Positions 20,106 through 31,169 are shown, counted from the first letter of the stretch. The stretch is 64,000 nt of DNA from Nostoc sp. (GCA_036918135.1 JBALDB010000005.1:1-64000); one strand, 5' to 3'. Translations and numbers: made by a program. The notes: generated by a model not told the origin, from the letters alone.

Positions 20106-20789
20106 TTAAATACCCAGAGCTCCTCTAGTTTCTGGGCCGACGACACCATCTACAAGTAAACCTTTACTTGCTTGAAAGTTTCGTACTTGACGAACAGTGT
20201 CTGGGCCATAAATTCCATCAACTCTCAGACTACCTAAAGCTACTTGAACGTCTCTGACAAGCAGACCTCTAGAACCAGGGGTCAAAATGAATGAACCGCC
20301 AACCCCACCAGGTCTACTCGTAGTAGGACTGTTAACTCGATCGCCAATCCATCGGGCAAAAACATATCTACCTGTAGAAAGCCTAGCAAAACCATTTTCA
20401 TAGCCTTCAATGGCTGGAAGTGGTGCCCCATTTCTTACACAATCTATATACGAATAGTTAACGCTTGGGCCTGTACGAATACGCAGACAACTGCCGTTGG
20501 TTCTTACATATGCTGCTGAACTCATTTCAATTTGGCTGACAGCAATAAGTAATACACCAATGCCAGCTAAAGCTAACCAAGCCGAAGATTTGAGAAGTTT
20601 TTTCCAATTTAATTGAAATTTGAACAGATTATATTTGTTATTGGTAGATGTTTCTTTTTTAGTAATAATTATCGGAGAATCTTTTAAAGATTTTCGCCAA
20701 TTTAACTTTAATTTAGAAAGATTATATTCTGTATTTGTAGATGTCTCTTCTTGAGCAATAAACATCTGGGAATAAGCAAGATATTCCAT
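20106..20789 (-). CDS. Peptidoglycan-binding domain protein with an SH3b-like segment
   Basis: TM/signal segment; CLRIRTGPS; C-terminal LTPGSRG..VRDVQ..VDGIYGPDT..VRNFQ..GLLVDGVVGPET. Confidence 0.85.
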   Translation of the reverse strand: MEYLAYSQMFIAQEETSTNTEYNLSKLKLNWRKSLKDSPIIITKKETSTNNKYNLFKFQLNWKKLLKSSAWLALAGIGVLLIAVSQIEMSSAAYVRTNGSCLRIRTGPSVNYSYIDCVRNGAPLPAIEGYENGFARLSTGRYVFARWIGDRVNSPTTSRPGGVGGSFILTPGSRGLLVRDVQVALGSLRVDGIYGPDTVRQVRNFQASKGLLVDGVVGPETRGALGI

Positions 20790-21015
20790 AATACGCCCCT
20801 CTATAAAAAAAATGAGTATTCACAGAGTAGTTAATCGGCTTTTCTCTGTATTTACTCTTAGTATATTTTATATCATTTACATGAAAAATGTTTTTACTGG
20901 TGGCAAAATTAATAAAAAATAAAATAAGTCAAAAGATTGCACCAGAAAAAGCTGCCAAGTGCTGATGAAGTGTTGCTAGGCGATCGCCTTCTCACAATAG
21001 ATTAAATTTATTTAG

Positions 21016-21426
21016 TTAAAAGCTTTCTTTCGACTCAGCTAAACTAGCAACCATACTAGTTAATTTATTTAAATCTATTGGCTTACATAGGTATATTTGA
21101 AAACCTGATAAAAATGCGCGTGTGCTGTCTTCGTCGTTAGCAGATGCCGTCATCGCAATAGCTGGAATCTTTCTGCCTCGGTTTGCTTCGAGATTTCTGA
21201 CTTTCAGCAGCAGTGAGTACCCGTCTTCATCTGGTAAGTAAATGTCACTGATGAGAATGTCTGGTTTAAAAAATGAGATTATTTCTAAAGCTTCACTTGC
21301 CGAAGCAGCTGCGATAACCTCTGCTCCCTCTAACTTAAATAATAAAGTAAATAATTTTCTTGTATCAGAGTTATCATCAACGACGAGCAATCGTAAACCG
21401 TCAAAAGACACCGATTGATTAGACAT
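21016..21426 (-). CDS. Single-domain response regulator (CheY-like)
   Basis: LLVVDD, PDILISDIYLP, AIAMTA, LCKPID. Confidence 0.9.
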   Translation of the reverse strand: MSNQSVSFDGLRLLVVDDNSDTRKLFTLLFKLEGAEVIAAASASEALEIISFFKPDILISDIYLPDEDGYSLLLKVRNLEANRGRKIPAIAMTASANDEDSTRAFLSGFQIYLCKPIDLNKLTSMVASLAESKESF

Positions 21427-21557
21427 TATTCTCACCGCCGTATAGCTTAACCACGTGGATAAACAATTGCATTCATTAAAATGCACACTTTACCAAAGCT
21501 TAAATCTAGTAGCTAGCAGGTGTCTGTCCGGTTTCAGACATAGAAAGTTAAAAAGTT

Positions 21558-22295
21558 TTACCCACAGTTATGCTTAGACGCACTGTGTAATAACCGAGCA
21601 AATTCGTCTTTTATAACTCGATAACACTCACAAGAGGTTTCTTCCAAAGCCTCTCGATTGATGATATCGATGTGACCGCGGTTGTAGCGGATAATTCCGG
21701 CTCGGCTTAGGGTGCTAGCTGCTACTGTCACACCAGAACGACGTACACCTAGCATCTGGGCAATAAATTCTTGAGTAAGCGGAAAATCCTCTGATTCCAA
21801 ACGGTCAGTGACTGTCAGCAGCCATCTGGCGAGTCGCTGTTCTATTGTATGCAGACGGTTGCAGGCAAGCACTTGTGTAGTTTCGGTATAGGTAGCTTGT
21901 ACATATCGCAATAGCAGGCTTTGAAGCGCTCCACCCCGGTTAAATTCTGTTTTAAATATATCTGCATTTATCTGTGTAGCACCGTCTGGGATCTGCACTA
22001 CAGCTGTTGTGGTTGTTGTGTTCCCTCCCAAAATTATCGGGATACCCACCATACCTTCATTGCTTATCAAACCAGCTTCAATTGTTGAGCCATCTTCGGT
22101 AGTAATAACTATAGAAACCACTGAATGATGGGGAAAATAGACATGTGTAATGGGTTCTCCCGCTTTGTAAATAATTTGGTTAAATGAGAGCGAAACATCC
22201 TTCATGTAGGGAATAAGACGTTCATACTCGGAGGCTGGCAGAGCCGCAAGCAGCCTATTCACTTGCGGCTTCATAATACTAGGAACAATTGACAT
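21558..22295 (-). CDS. Crp/Fnr family transcriptional regulator
   Basis: NRLLAALP...ACNRLHTIEQRLARWLL...LTQEFIAQMLGVRRSGVT HTH. Confidence 0.92.
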   Translation of the reverse strand: MSIVPSIMKPQVNRLLAALPASEYERLIPYMKDVSLSFNQIIYKAGEPITHVYFPHHSVVSIVITTEDGSTIEAGLISNEGMVGIPIILGGNTTTTTAVVQIPDGATQINADIFKTEFNRGGALQSLLLRYVQATYTETTQVLACNRLHTIEQRLARWLLTVTDRLESEDFPLTQEFIAQMLGVRRSGVTVAASTLSRAGIIRYNRGHIDIINREALEETSCECYRVIKDEFARLLHSASKHNCG

Positions 22296-23017
22296 AATAA
22301 CTCTCCTTTAGGTAGATGTTTTTATGAAAACTAACTCAACACCTAAGGAGATAAATAATTTATTCCTAAAGTTAGAAGGTGGTTTTCTAAAAATAAAATC
22401 GCTTTTTTTGTAAGCTTTACCCTAGTTTCATAGGTTTTATTTTTATAGGTTTTATAATACTAGCTTAACCACCAGATGTTTACCTTTCCATTTTTTCTGG
22501 AAGTCCCTTAACTTTGTAAGACATACAGCATAACCCTCTTTTGTCACTCTCCGAAGAGTAAAATAGCTTCAAGGTGTTGGCATTCGGTAAGGACTACTGT
22601 AAACAATAGATGTATTGCTTGAAGTATTACAACATAAAGCGCGCTCGGCAGTAGATACAGTTTCATTTTTATAGATATGAATATTGTTAGCAGCGATCGC
22701 ACCAAAAACTTCGTGGTTATGTAAATAAAAAATGGAGTATTTATTAATGCTACAACTTGTTCTGTACAAGTCCTTGCGTCTCTAGCAGATGTATATAATT
22801 TGCCTTCTACTCTTTATCTTTTCTACCTCTGTTTCACATCAATGCACATCTGTGCATCCCTATGCTCTGTATTGCACATATTAAAATTGGCTAGAAATAC
22901 AGTAATACCAAGCATCTACCTAGTTGCAGAACTAGAAATTTGAAAGGCTCAAAACAACATACCTTAATATGAACAATTATTAAGACTTAATTTTAGATGA
23001 ATCTTAAAACTTTCTGC

Positions 23018-23053
23018 TATACTACGGTAAGTCAGTAAGATTGTCGTAGTATA
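23018..23053. promoter_or_regulatory. Inverted-repeat operator candidate upstream of the AKR-sulfotransferase-GST genes
   Basis: TATACTACG-N18-CGTAGTATA with perfect 9-bp arms. Confidence 0.5.
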
Positions 23054-23326
23054 TACTGAGGTTAAAAAAGTCTATTCCACAAAAATTTTATAAAAGTAAG
23101 TATTTTGTACTAGACGGTTATAATTTTTGTTACTCAAAATTAGCTTATTTATATGATTTATCTATCAATTAAAAATTGTGTATAAGATAATTAAAGTATT
23201 AATTTATCCTCAAAAAAATAATGATTTAGCGGTAATATCATTATTTTATTAGCTAATTTATTTTAATATAAATTTATTCTAAAAAAGTAAAAATTTACCT
23301 TTGAATCAACTAAATAATAGAGAAAA

Positions 23327-24364
23327 ATGAAGCAAAACCAACTTGGCACTAGTAACTTAAAAGTTTCTGAAATCTGTCTGGGCACTATGACCTATGGACA
23401 GCAAAATACTATTAAAGAAGCCCACCAGCAGCTAGATTATGCTATCAGTCAAGGAGTCAATTTTATTGATGCTGCTGAGATGTATCCAGTACCCCCAAGT
23501 GCAGAAACTTATGGATTAACTGAAACTTATATTGGTGAATGGTTAAAGCATCAACAAAGAGATAAACTTATTATTGCTACTAAAATTGCAGGGCCTGGTA
23601 GAGGCTTTAAATGGGTACGTGGTGGAGCCAAAGCAATTGACCGTGATAATATCAAACAAGCTATAGACGATAGCCTCAAAAGATTACAAACAGACTATAT
23701 AGATTTGTACCAAATTCACTGGCCAGACCGCAACGTGCCACGGTTTGGACAAACAGTTTTTCAGCCGAATCAATTAGAAGAAACAGTTCCTATAGCTGAA
23801 CAGCTAGCAGTTTTTGCTGATGTGATTAAGGCAGGTAAAATTCGCTATATCGGTTTAAGTAATGAAACTCCTTGGGGAGTCACCCAGTTTAGTAATATTG
23901 CTAAACAATTAGGATTGCCCAAAGTTGTTTCGATTCAAAATGCTTACAACTTAATCAATCGAGTATTTGATGGAGCCTTAGCAGAAGCAGTTTATTACGA
24001 AGAAATCGGGTTACTAGCTTATAGTCCTTTAGGGTTTGGCTTTTTAACTGGCAAATATTTAAATAGTAAACCAGAGAAAGCAAGAGTTACTTTGTTTGAA
24101 AACTTTGGTCAGCGGTATCGTAAACCAAAAGTAAATGAAGCAGTAAAAGCTTATGTAGAAATTGCCAACCGCTATCAGCTCAGTCCAGCACATCTAGCTT
24201 TGGCTTTTGTGCGGAGTCGTTGGTTTGTGGCTAGCACAATTATTGGTGCTACAACACTCGAACAACTCAAAGAAAATTTGGAAAGCGTGAATGTAGTTCT
24301 CGACGAAGACATTTTAGAAGAGTTAGATAAAGTTCACGTTCAATTTCCAAACCCAGCACCGTAA
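23327..24364 (+). CDS. NADP(H)-dependent aldo/keto reductase (Tas-like)
   Basis: LGTMTYGQQN, DAAEMYP, DYIDLYQIHWP, GLSNETPWG, SIQNAYNL. Confidence 0.93.
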   Translation: MKQNQLGTSNLKVSEICLGTMTYGQQNTIKEAHQQLDYAISQGVNFIDAAEMYPVPPSAETYGLTETYIGEWLKHQQRDKLIIATKIAGPGRGFKWVRGGAKAIDRDNIKQAIDDSLKRLQTDYIDLYQIHWPDRNVPRFGQTVFQPNQLEETVPIAEQLAVFADVIKAGKIRYIGLSNETPWGVTQFSNIAKQLGLPKVVSIQNAYNLINRVFDGALAEAVYYEEIGLLAYSPLGFGFLTGKYLNSKPEKARVTLFENFGQRYRKPKVNEAVKAYVEIANRYQLSPAHLALAFVRSRWFVASTIIGATTLEQLKENLESVNVVLDEDILEELDKVHVQFPNPAP

Positions 24365-24484
24365 GAGTGGGAAGTAGGGAGGTGGGGAGATGAGGAGATA
24401 AGGTGACTCTTGAGAATAACTCCTAACTCTTCATTCATTAGTCAACAGTCAACACTCATTAACTAGATATTTTCCAGGTAGGAT

Positions 24485-25612
24485 ATGACTTTTACAGCAA
24501 CATTAGTTGACCAAAATACTATTCGTCGTCGGGGTACTGGTTTAAAGGCTTATAATCCTGAAAAAGTTTTCAAAGGATATACACTTTTTACACCCCTGAC
24601 AGGTCAAGGTGAAGTTTACCTGTTGAATCTGGAAGGAGAAGTAGTACACCAGTGGAATCTGCCATATCCACCAGGGTTATATGGTTATCTCTTACCTAAT
24701 GGCAACCTCTTTTATAACGGTAAGACTCCAGCAGAAGAACCACTACGTTTTGCCTTATGGGCTGCATTCAAAAGTGGCGTTGTTTTAGAAGCAGATCCTA
24801 AAGGAAATATTATCTGGGAATACAAGCATCCAGATCATCATCACGATGGACGCAGACTAGCCAATGGCAACACAATTCTACTAGCTATTGAAAAAATACC
24901 TCAGTCTTTGGTTCCCCGGATTCAAGGCGGTGTACCGGGTACAGAAGCGAATGGTGATATCTACGCTGATGTACTTTATGAAGTGACTCCAGCAGGTGAA
25001 ATTGTTTGGACTTGGCACGCCTGGGAACATCTCGATCCAGATATATTTACGATTACTCCTCAGGATCATCGACACGAATGGACTCATGGAAACACTGTAG
25101 GTGAACTCGCTGATGGGAATATTATTGTCAGCTTTCGTAATATATCTACAGTAGTGATTATCGATCGCCAAACCGGAGAAATCATCTGGACGCTAGGTGA
25201 TGAGGTACTAGCACAGCAACATTTCCCCAACGAATTAGCTAACGGCAATATCCTGATTTTTGATAATGGCGCACATCGCCGTCACATTGCTCTGAATTTC
25301 TCCCGTGTGATTGAGGTAAACCGTCAAACAAAAGAGATAGTTTGGGAATACACGGATAGTCCACCCCAAAATTTCTTTAGTTCCTACATATCAGGGGCAC
25401 AACGTTTAGCAAATGGCAATACCTTAATTACAGAAGGTGCTTACGGTCGGATATTTGAGGTGACAATTACAGGAGAAATTGTTTGGGAATACATCAACCC
25501 CCACTTTGGATTTCGGAATATTCCAGGTGAGAAATCGCCAGTGACTCGTGGCGAACAAAATACAGTTTTCCGTGCCTTCCGTTATGCACCGGAAGAGATA
25601 CCTTGGCTTTGA
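24485..25612 (+). CDS. Aryl-sulfate sulfotransferase-family beta-propeller protein
   Basis: HHHD..RLANGN, EWTHGN, QQH..ILIFDNG, SGAQRLANGNTLITEG repeats. Confidence 0.82.
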   Translation: MTFTATLVDQNTIRRRGTGLKAYNPEKVFKGYTLFTPLTGQGEVYLLNLEGEVVHQWNLPYPPGLYGYLLPNGNLFYNGKTPAEEPLRFALWAAFKSGVVLEADPKGNIIWEYKHPDHHHDGRRLANGNTILLAIEKIPQSLVPRIQGGVPGTEANGDIYADVLYEVTPAGEIVWTWHAWEHLDPDIFTITPQDHRHEWTHGNTVGELADGNIIVSFRNISTVVIIDRQTGEIIWTLGDEVLAQQHFPNELANGNILIFDNGAHRRHIALNFSRVIEVNRQTKEIVWEYTDSPPQNFFSSYISGAQRLANGNTLITEGAYGRIFEVTITGEIVWEYINPHFGFRNIPGEKSPVTRGEQNTVFRAFRYAPEEIPWL

Positions 25613-25624
25613 GGGTACTGGGGA

Positions 25625-25720
25625 CTAGTACAAAAAGGCAAAAGTCAAAAGAAAGAATGCCTATCTTGTAAGGTTTTTGTCTATTTCACATAGTAGCTTT
25701 ATTACGCCCTGTTGTACTAG
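25625..25720. mobile_element. CTAG-bounded MITE-like element (family B)
   Basis: CTAGTAC...GTACTAG termini with an internal AAAAGTC heptamer. Confidence 0.6.
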
Positions 25721-25845
25721 TGATTGGGTACTAGATATTGGGTTAGGAAACCTCTTCCCCAGTCCTCCTTTTAGATTTGGGATGTTGAATTAAAGTTCAA
25801 TTCTCAATATTGCTCAATAAGTCCTAATTTTCAAAGGAACTTAAA

Positions 25846-26517
25846 ATGGCTGAAATCAAACTATACAGTGCAGTTGTTTGTCCTTATGCTCACCGTACCC
25901 GCTTGGTACTTCAAGAGAAAGGCATTGACTTCGATTTGAATGAGATTGATTTGCAGAATCCACCGGAGGGCTTTAGGAAGGTTTCCCCTTACGGTAAAGT
26001 CCCAGCAATTACTCATAATAATGAGCGAGTTTGGGAGTCAGCGATCATTAATGAGTATCTAGATGAGGTATTTCCTCATCCACCTTTGTTACCCAGCGAT
26101 CCTATTGCTAGGGCACAGGCTCGCATCTGGATCGATTTTGCTAATACCAGGTTTGTTTCTGCTTTTTCTGACCTTCTACGAAGTTCAGATGTTCAAAAAC
26201 AAGAACAAGCTAAGCAGGAACTATACAAACACTTGGAATTTATTGAAAACGAAGGTTTAAGAAAGCTATCTGGAGAAGGCCCTTACTGGTTTGGTGAATC
26301 TATCAGTTTGGTTGATTTTACCTATTTCCCCTGGTTTGAACGCTGGGCTGCACTTAAAGAATATCGTGGCTTTGGCATACCCACAGAATTCACGCGTCTG
26401 AGACAATGGAAGCACGCCCTCAAGGAACGTGATTCTGTAAAGGCGATCGCTAACTCTAAAGAATTTTACATCCAGCGATATGCTAAGTACGCCGCACCTA
26501 CTCCTGTTAGTGTTTAA
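25846..26517 (+). CDS. Glutathione S-transferase (omega-like CPY motif)
   Basis: CPYAHR, PYGKVP, VWESAIINEYLDE. Confidence 0.92.
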   Translation: MAEIKLYSAVVCPYAHRTRLVLQEKGIDFDLNEIDLQNPPEGFRKVSPYGKVPAITHNNERVWESAIINEYLDEVFPHPPLLPSDPIARAQARIWIDFANTRFVSAFSDLLRSSDVQKQEQAKQELYKHLEFIENEGLRKLSGEGPYWFGESISLVDFTYFPWFERWAALKEYRGFGIPTEFTRLRQWKHALKERDSVKAIANSKEFYIQRYAKYAAPTPVSV

Positions 26518-26740
26518 CCAATAAAGTTTCGTAATTTTGAGATCCCCGATTTCATTAAGAAGTCGGGAATTTCTCTTTTTATAAATGATTTAGCCCGGAT
26601 TTGTGACAAACAACTCAAAAATGCTGTCAATAATTAAGAAAATATTTTAGCTAGTGGAATTAATAAGAAATAATCCTTCCTAAGGTATTATGCTGTTATT
26701 TACTAATTAATTATTACCATTAGCGATCGTTACATACATA

Positions 26741-28054
26741 ATGTTATCCCAAAAGTCAATAAAAAACCTGCAAAAAATTATACAAAAACAAATTTTTCAT
26801 CTAGGGATTTTTCTGACGATTCTATTAAGTATCATATCGTTTAGGGTAGCACTTTCGCAGCAACCAGTTACCCTAAATATGCTGATTACTGCCCCTGATG
26901 CCCAACCTTGGAAGCAGGGTTTGATTAAAGACTTTGAAGCTGAGAACCCAGGTATTCGTATTAACTTGGTTGAGGGCCCAAATGCGACAAATTTGCTCGA
27001 AGACCTGTATACCTCGTCTTTTATTTTAGGTGAATCTCCTTATGATTTAGTGAATATGGATGTCATTTGGACATCGAAATTTGCTGCTGCTAAATGGTTG
27101 CTTCCCTTAGACGATCGCATTTCCAAAGAGGAGTTGGCAGCATTTTCACCCAAGGATGTTGAAGGGGGACGTTACCAAGGCAAGTTGTACCGGATTCCAA
27201 TGCGTTCCGATGTGGGAATGCTCTACTACCGGGAAGATTTATTAAAAGAAGCAGGATTGCAACCACCAGAAACCTTTGAAGATTTGATGCAAATTTCTCA
27301 AACCTTGCAGAAGCAAAACAAGGTAAATTGGGGCTATGTTTGGCAAGGTCGCCAGTATGAAGGACTTGTAGCGATGTTTGTGGAAGTCCTTAATGGTTTC
27401 GGTGGCTTCTGGGTTAATCCCAACACCCTCGAAGTCGGGCTGGATCGTCCAGAAACATTACGAGCCATTGAGTTTTTACGTAGTACTATCAGCCAAGGTG
27501 TATCTCCTCCTGGAGTTACAACTTATCAGGAGGAAGATACTCGACGCTTGTTTCAAAGTGGTCAAGTAGCGTTTTTACGCAGCTGGCCTTATGCATGGCC
27601 TTTAGCTCAAGCAAAAGATTCGCCAATCCAAGGCAAAATTGCAATCAAACCGATGGTTCATGCTCCTGGTAAGACTGGAGCAGCTTGTCTGGGAGGCTGG
27701 GGTATAGGGATTGCTAAATCTTCTAAACATTCCCAAGAAGCTTGGAAAGCAATTGAATATTTTACCAGTGAAAAGGCACAGCAGCGATTCATTTTGAGTG
27801 CAGGCTATGTACCAAGTCGCCGGGATTTGTTTACAAATCCAGAGATTGTAGCCAAATATTCCCACTATCCGCAGTTATTAGAGGTCGTGGACAATGCAGT
27901 TTTACGTTCGCCGATCGCCCAATATGCCCAAACGTCCGATATTTTGCAGCGTTATCTCAGCGCAGCGCTATCCAATCGGATGAATCCAGAACAAGCAATG
28001 AAAGCTGCTGCTAATGAAACACGGCGACTGCTAGAAGCTGGAAGAAAAAGATAA
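26741..28054 (+). CDS. Carbohydrate ABC transporter substrate-binding protein
   Basis: DVIWTSKFA, LYYREDLL, QGRQYEGL, AFLRSWPYAW, LGGWGIGI; first gene of a four-gene ABC operon. Confidence 0.9.
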   Translation: MLSQKSIKNLQKIIQKQIFHLGIFLTILLSIISFRVALSQQPVTLNMLITAPDAQPWKQGLIKDFEAENPGIRINLVEGPNATNLLEDLYTSSFILGESPYDLVNMDVIWTSKFAAAKWLLPLDDRISKEELAAFSPKDVEGGRYQGKLYRIPMRSDVGMLYYREDLLKEAGLQPPETFEDLMQISQTLQKQNKVNWGYVWQGRQYEGLVAMFVEVLNGFGGFWVNPNTLEVGLDRPETLRAIEFLRSTISQGVSPPGVTTYQEEDTRRLFQSGQVAFLRSWPYAWPLAQAKDSPIQGKIAIKPMVHAPGKTGAACLGGWGIGIAKSSKHSQEAWKAIEYFTSEKAQQRFILSAGYVPSRRDLFTNPEIVAKYSHYPQLLEVVDNAVLRSPIAQYAQTSDILQRYLSAALSNRMNPEQAMKAAANETRRLLEAGRKR

Positions 28055-28103
28055 AACCTTTTTGAGACTTCGTCCTTTCCCCAATCTTCAATCCCTAACT
28101 ACT

Positions 28104-29012
28104 ATGATCGACCTGCATACACTCCGAGGTAGGGAACAACAGACGGCTTGGCTGTTACTAGCACCAGCATTGCTGCTGCTATTATTTGTATTCGGCTATC
28201 CGATTTTGCGAGCATTCTGGTTAAGTGTATTTACTAAGAATTTGGGAACAGAGTTACAACCCGTATTCTCTGGTTTAGACAATTACCTGCGGATGGCGGG
28301 GGATGGTCGTTTCTGGCAGAGTTTATGGGCGACGACTGTGTTCACAACGGCATCCGTACTCTTAGAACTACTGCTAGGATTGGGGATTGCCCTAGTTCTC
28401 AATCAGGCGTTTTTTGGACGGGGCATAGTGCGGACGACCGCTATTCTACCTTGGGCTTTGCCTACCGCTTTGATTGGTCTGGCATGGAGTTGGATTTTTA
28501 ACGACCAATTTGGAGTTGTAAACGACATTCTCCGGCGGTTGGGGCTGATTAAAATTGGAATTAACTGGTTAGGAGATCCGACTCTGGCAATGCTGGCAGC
28601 GATTTTTGCTGATGTATGGAAAACTACACCCTTTATTAGTATTCTGTTATTGGCTGGCTTGCAGTCAATATCAGCAGACCTCTACGAAGCCTACTCTGTC
28701 GATGGAGCAAATGCTTGGCAAAGCTTTCGTAAGATTACCCTGCCACTGCTGCTGCCGCAAATCTTGATTGCAGTCCTATTTCGATTTGCTCAAGCTTTCG
28801 GAATTTTCGACTTAATTGCTGTAATGACCGGGGGTGGCCCTGGTGGTGCTACTGAAGTGGTGTCGCTGTACATCTATTCCACAGTGATGCGCTATTTAGA
28901 TTTTGGTTATGGAGCAGCCCTAGTAGTAGTGACATTTCTGATCTTGATTGCTGCGGTGGCGATCGCTAGTTTCTTGCTCAATAAATACCGTGCTAGAACA
29001 GGAGCCATTTAA
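28104..29012 (+). CDS. Carbohydrate ABC transporter permease (MalF-like)
   Basis: LAGLQSI..LYEAYSVDGA EAA loop; TGGGPG. Confidence 0.92.
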   Translation: MIDLHTLRGREQQTAWLLLAPALLLLLFVFGYPILRAFWLSVFTKNLGTELQPVFSGLDNYLRMAGDGRFWQSLWATTVFTTASVLLELLLGLGIALVLNQAFFGRGIVRTTAILPWALPTALIGLAWSWIFNDQFGVVNDILRRLGLIKIGINWLGDPTLAMLAAIFADVWKTTPFISILLLAGLQSISADLYEAYSVDGANAWQSFRKITLPLLLPQILIAVLFRFAQAFGIFDLIAVMTGGGPGGATEVVSLYIYSTVMRYLDFGYGAALVVVTFLILIAAVAIASFLLNKYRARTGAI

Positions 29013-29015
29013 CCG

Positions 29016-29897
29016 ATGAGTGTAATTCCACAAACAGTTTCAAGGACTCCAGGACGAACAGGGAATTGGTTATCTCTGAAAAAAATCTTGCTACTAATCG
29101 CAATTGTATTAGTAGTACTATTCAGTCTAGCGCCAGTTCTATGGCAATTGCTGACTTCGTTTAAAGTGAATGAGGATATTGCCGCCGTCCCTACTGTTTA
29201 TTTCCCCAAGCGATTTACTTTCAGTCACTACATTGAATTATTCACCCGTCGTCCATTTTGGCACTACATCTTCAACAGCGCCTTTGTGTCGATTACTTCT
29301 ACAGCTTTAGCTTTAGCAGTGGGAGCGCCGACTGCCTATGCCCTAGCGCGGTTACGACCTTGGGGCGAACGAGTTATCCTCGCTAGTATTTTAATCGTCA
29401 CCTTATTTCCGGGAATTCTGTTGTTCTTAGGGTTGCTAGAAATTATCCAAGCGTTGAGATTGGGCAACAATTATTTGTCATTGATTATACCTTACACTGC
29501 CATCAATTTACCGCTGACAATTCTGGTACTCAAAAGCTTTTTTCAACAATTGCCCAAAGACTTAGAAGATTCTGCTAGGGTCGATGGCTACAACACCTTT
29601 CAACTTTTGTGGCAAATCGTGCTGCCAATGACCCTTCCGGCTTTAGTGACTACTGGAATTCTCACCTTTATTTTTGCCTGGAACGAGTTTATCTTCGCTC
29701 TGACATTTATGACCCGTGAAGAGTTGAAGACGATTCCTGTTGCTGCTGCTCAATTGGGTGGGGCAACAGTATTTGAAATTCCCTATGGTGCGATCGCTGC
29801 TGCTACCGTTTTGGGAACCTTACCCTTAGTTTTATTAGTTTTGTTTTTCCAGCGCCGGATTGTCCAAGGTCTTACCGCTGGTGCTGTTAAAGGATAA
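29016..29897 (+). CDS. Carbohydrate ABC transporter permease (MalG-like)
   Basis: LPKDLEDSARVDG; WNEF; FQRRIVQGLTAGAVKG. Confidence 0.93.
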   Translation: MSVIPQTVSRTPGRTGNWLSLKKILLLIAIVLVVLFSLAPVLWQLLTSFKVNEDIAAVPTVYFPKRFTFSHYIELFTRRPFWHYIFNSAFVSITSTALALAVGAPTAYALARLRPWGERVILASILIVTLFPGILLFLGLLEIIQALRLGNNYLSLIIPYTAINLPLTILVLKSFFQQLPKDLEDSARVDGYNTFQLLWQIVLPMTLPALVTTGILTFIFAWNEFIFALTFMTREELKTIPVAAAQLGGATVFEIPYGAIAAATVLGTLPLVLLVLFFQRRIVQGLTAGAVKG

Positions 29898-30060
29898 GGC
29901 AGAGGGGCAGGGTGCAGGGGAGATAAGGAGACAAGGAAGATAAGGCAGACAAGAAATAATAATTTCTTCTGCCCCCTGCCCCCTGCCTCCTGCCTCCTGA
30001 CAAGTGACAAATGACAAATGACCCTTGACTAATGACAACTGACAATTGACCACTGACAAT
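29898..30060. repeat. STRR heptamer tracts (GGCAGG/CTGCCTC, TGACAAA)
   Basis: Visible heptamer repeats between the permease and ATPase genes. Confidence 0.7.
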
Positions 30061-30068
30061 TTAGAAAA

Positions 30069-31169
30069 ATGGCTAAACTCGAACTCAAAAACTTGAATAA
30101 AACTTATACTTCTAAAGTTATTCCTGTCAAAGACATTAGCTTAACTGTAGATAATGATGAGTTTTTGACTTTACTTGGCCCTTCTGGCTGTGGCAAATCT
30201 ACTGTCCTACGCATGATTGCAGGTTTAGAAGAACCTACTCGCGGTCAGATTGTAATCGGAGACGTAGATGTTACCTATAAGCGACCAGCCGATCGCAACA
30301 TCGCGATGGTATTTCAAAGCTATGCACTCTACCCCCACATGACAGTTTACGAAAATCTCGCTTCTGGACTGAAGCTGAAAAAAACACCATCAGCAGAAAT
30401 TAAACAGCGAGTGGCAGAAGTGGCAAAAGTTTTAGGATTAGAAGAGTTAATGAACCGTAAACCCGGTCAGATGTCTGGAGGTCAACGGCAGCGGGTTGCA
30501 GTCGGTCGTGCTTTAGTGCGTAATGCCAATGTGTACCTACTGGACGAACCGTTAAGTAACCTAGATGCACTGCTGCGCGAACGAGTTAGAGCCGACCTCA
30601 AGCAAATTTTTGCAAATCAAAAAGTCCCAGTGGTTTATGTCACCCACGACCAAACAGAAGCGATGACACTCTCCACGAAAGTAGCTTTACTCAACGATGG
30701 CTATGTCCAGCAACTTGACTCGCCCGAACTAATCTACAATCATCCAGCGAATCTATTCGTAGCTGGATTTGTTGGTAGTCCGCAAATGAATTTGCTAACT
30801 CTACCTTGTAAAGGACGATACGCCATCCTGGGTAACTTCCAAGTGCTTTTGCCAGATATACCAACTGTACCACCTCAGATTGTCCTGGGAATCCGCCCAG
30901 AAGATGTCCGCATTGCTCAATCAGGTGATACCCAGACTATCCAAGGACGAGTATATTTAGTGGAAAACTTGGGTATGCAATATTTAGTCAGTGTCAAAGT
31001 TGAGGGTTCACAAACCGAACCAATTACGGTACGCGCTTTGTTGCCAACAGACCAAAATTGGAGCAGGGAGGATATTACACTAGCTTTACCTCCTGAGGAT
31101 ATTCATTGGTTTGATGTTCAATCTGGTCATGCTCTTGTTCGGAGGCAAACGTTAGGTGTAAAGAGCTAG
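30069..31169 (+). CDS. Carbohydrate ABC transporter ATPase (MalK/MsmX-like)
   Basis: GPSGCGKS, VFQSYALYPHM, MSGGQRQR, DEPLSNLDA, FVAGFVGSP. Confidence 0.95.
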   Translation: MAKLELKNLNKTYTSKVIPVKDISLTVDNDEFLTLLGPSGCGKSTVLRMIAGLEEPTRGQIVIGDVDVTYKRPADRNIAMVFQSYALYPHMTVYENLASGLKLKKTPSAEIKQRVAEVAKVLGLEELMNRKPGQMSGGQRQRVAVGRALVRNANVYLLDEPLSNLDALLRERVRADLKQIFANQKVPVVYVTHDQTEAMTLSTKVALLNDGYVQQLDSPELIYNHPANLFVAGFVGSPQMNLLTLPCKGRYAILGNFQVLLPDIPTVPPQIVLGIRPEDVRIAQSGDTQTIQGRVYLVENLGMQYLVSVKVEGSQTEPITVRALLPTDQNWSREDITLALPPEDIHWFDVQSGHALVRRQTLGVKS

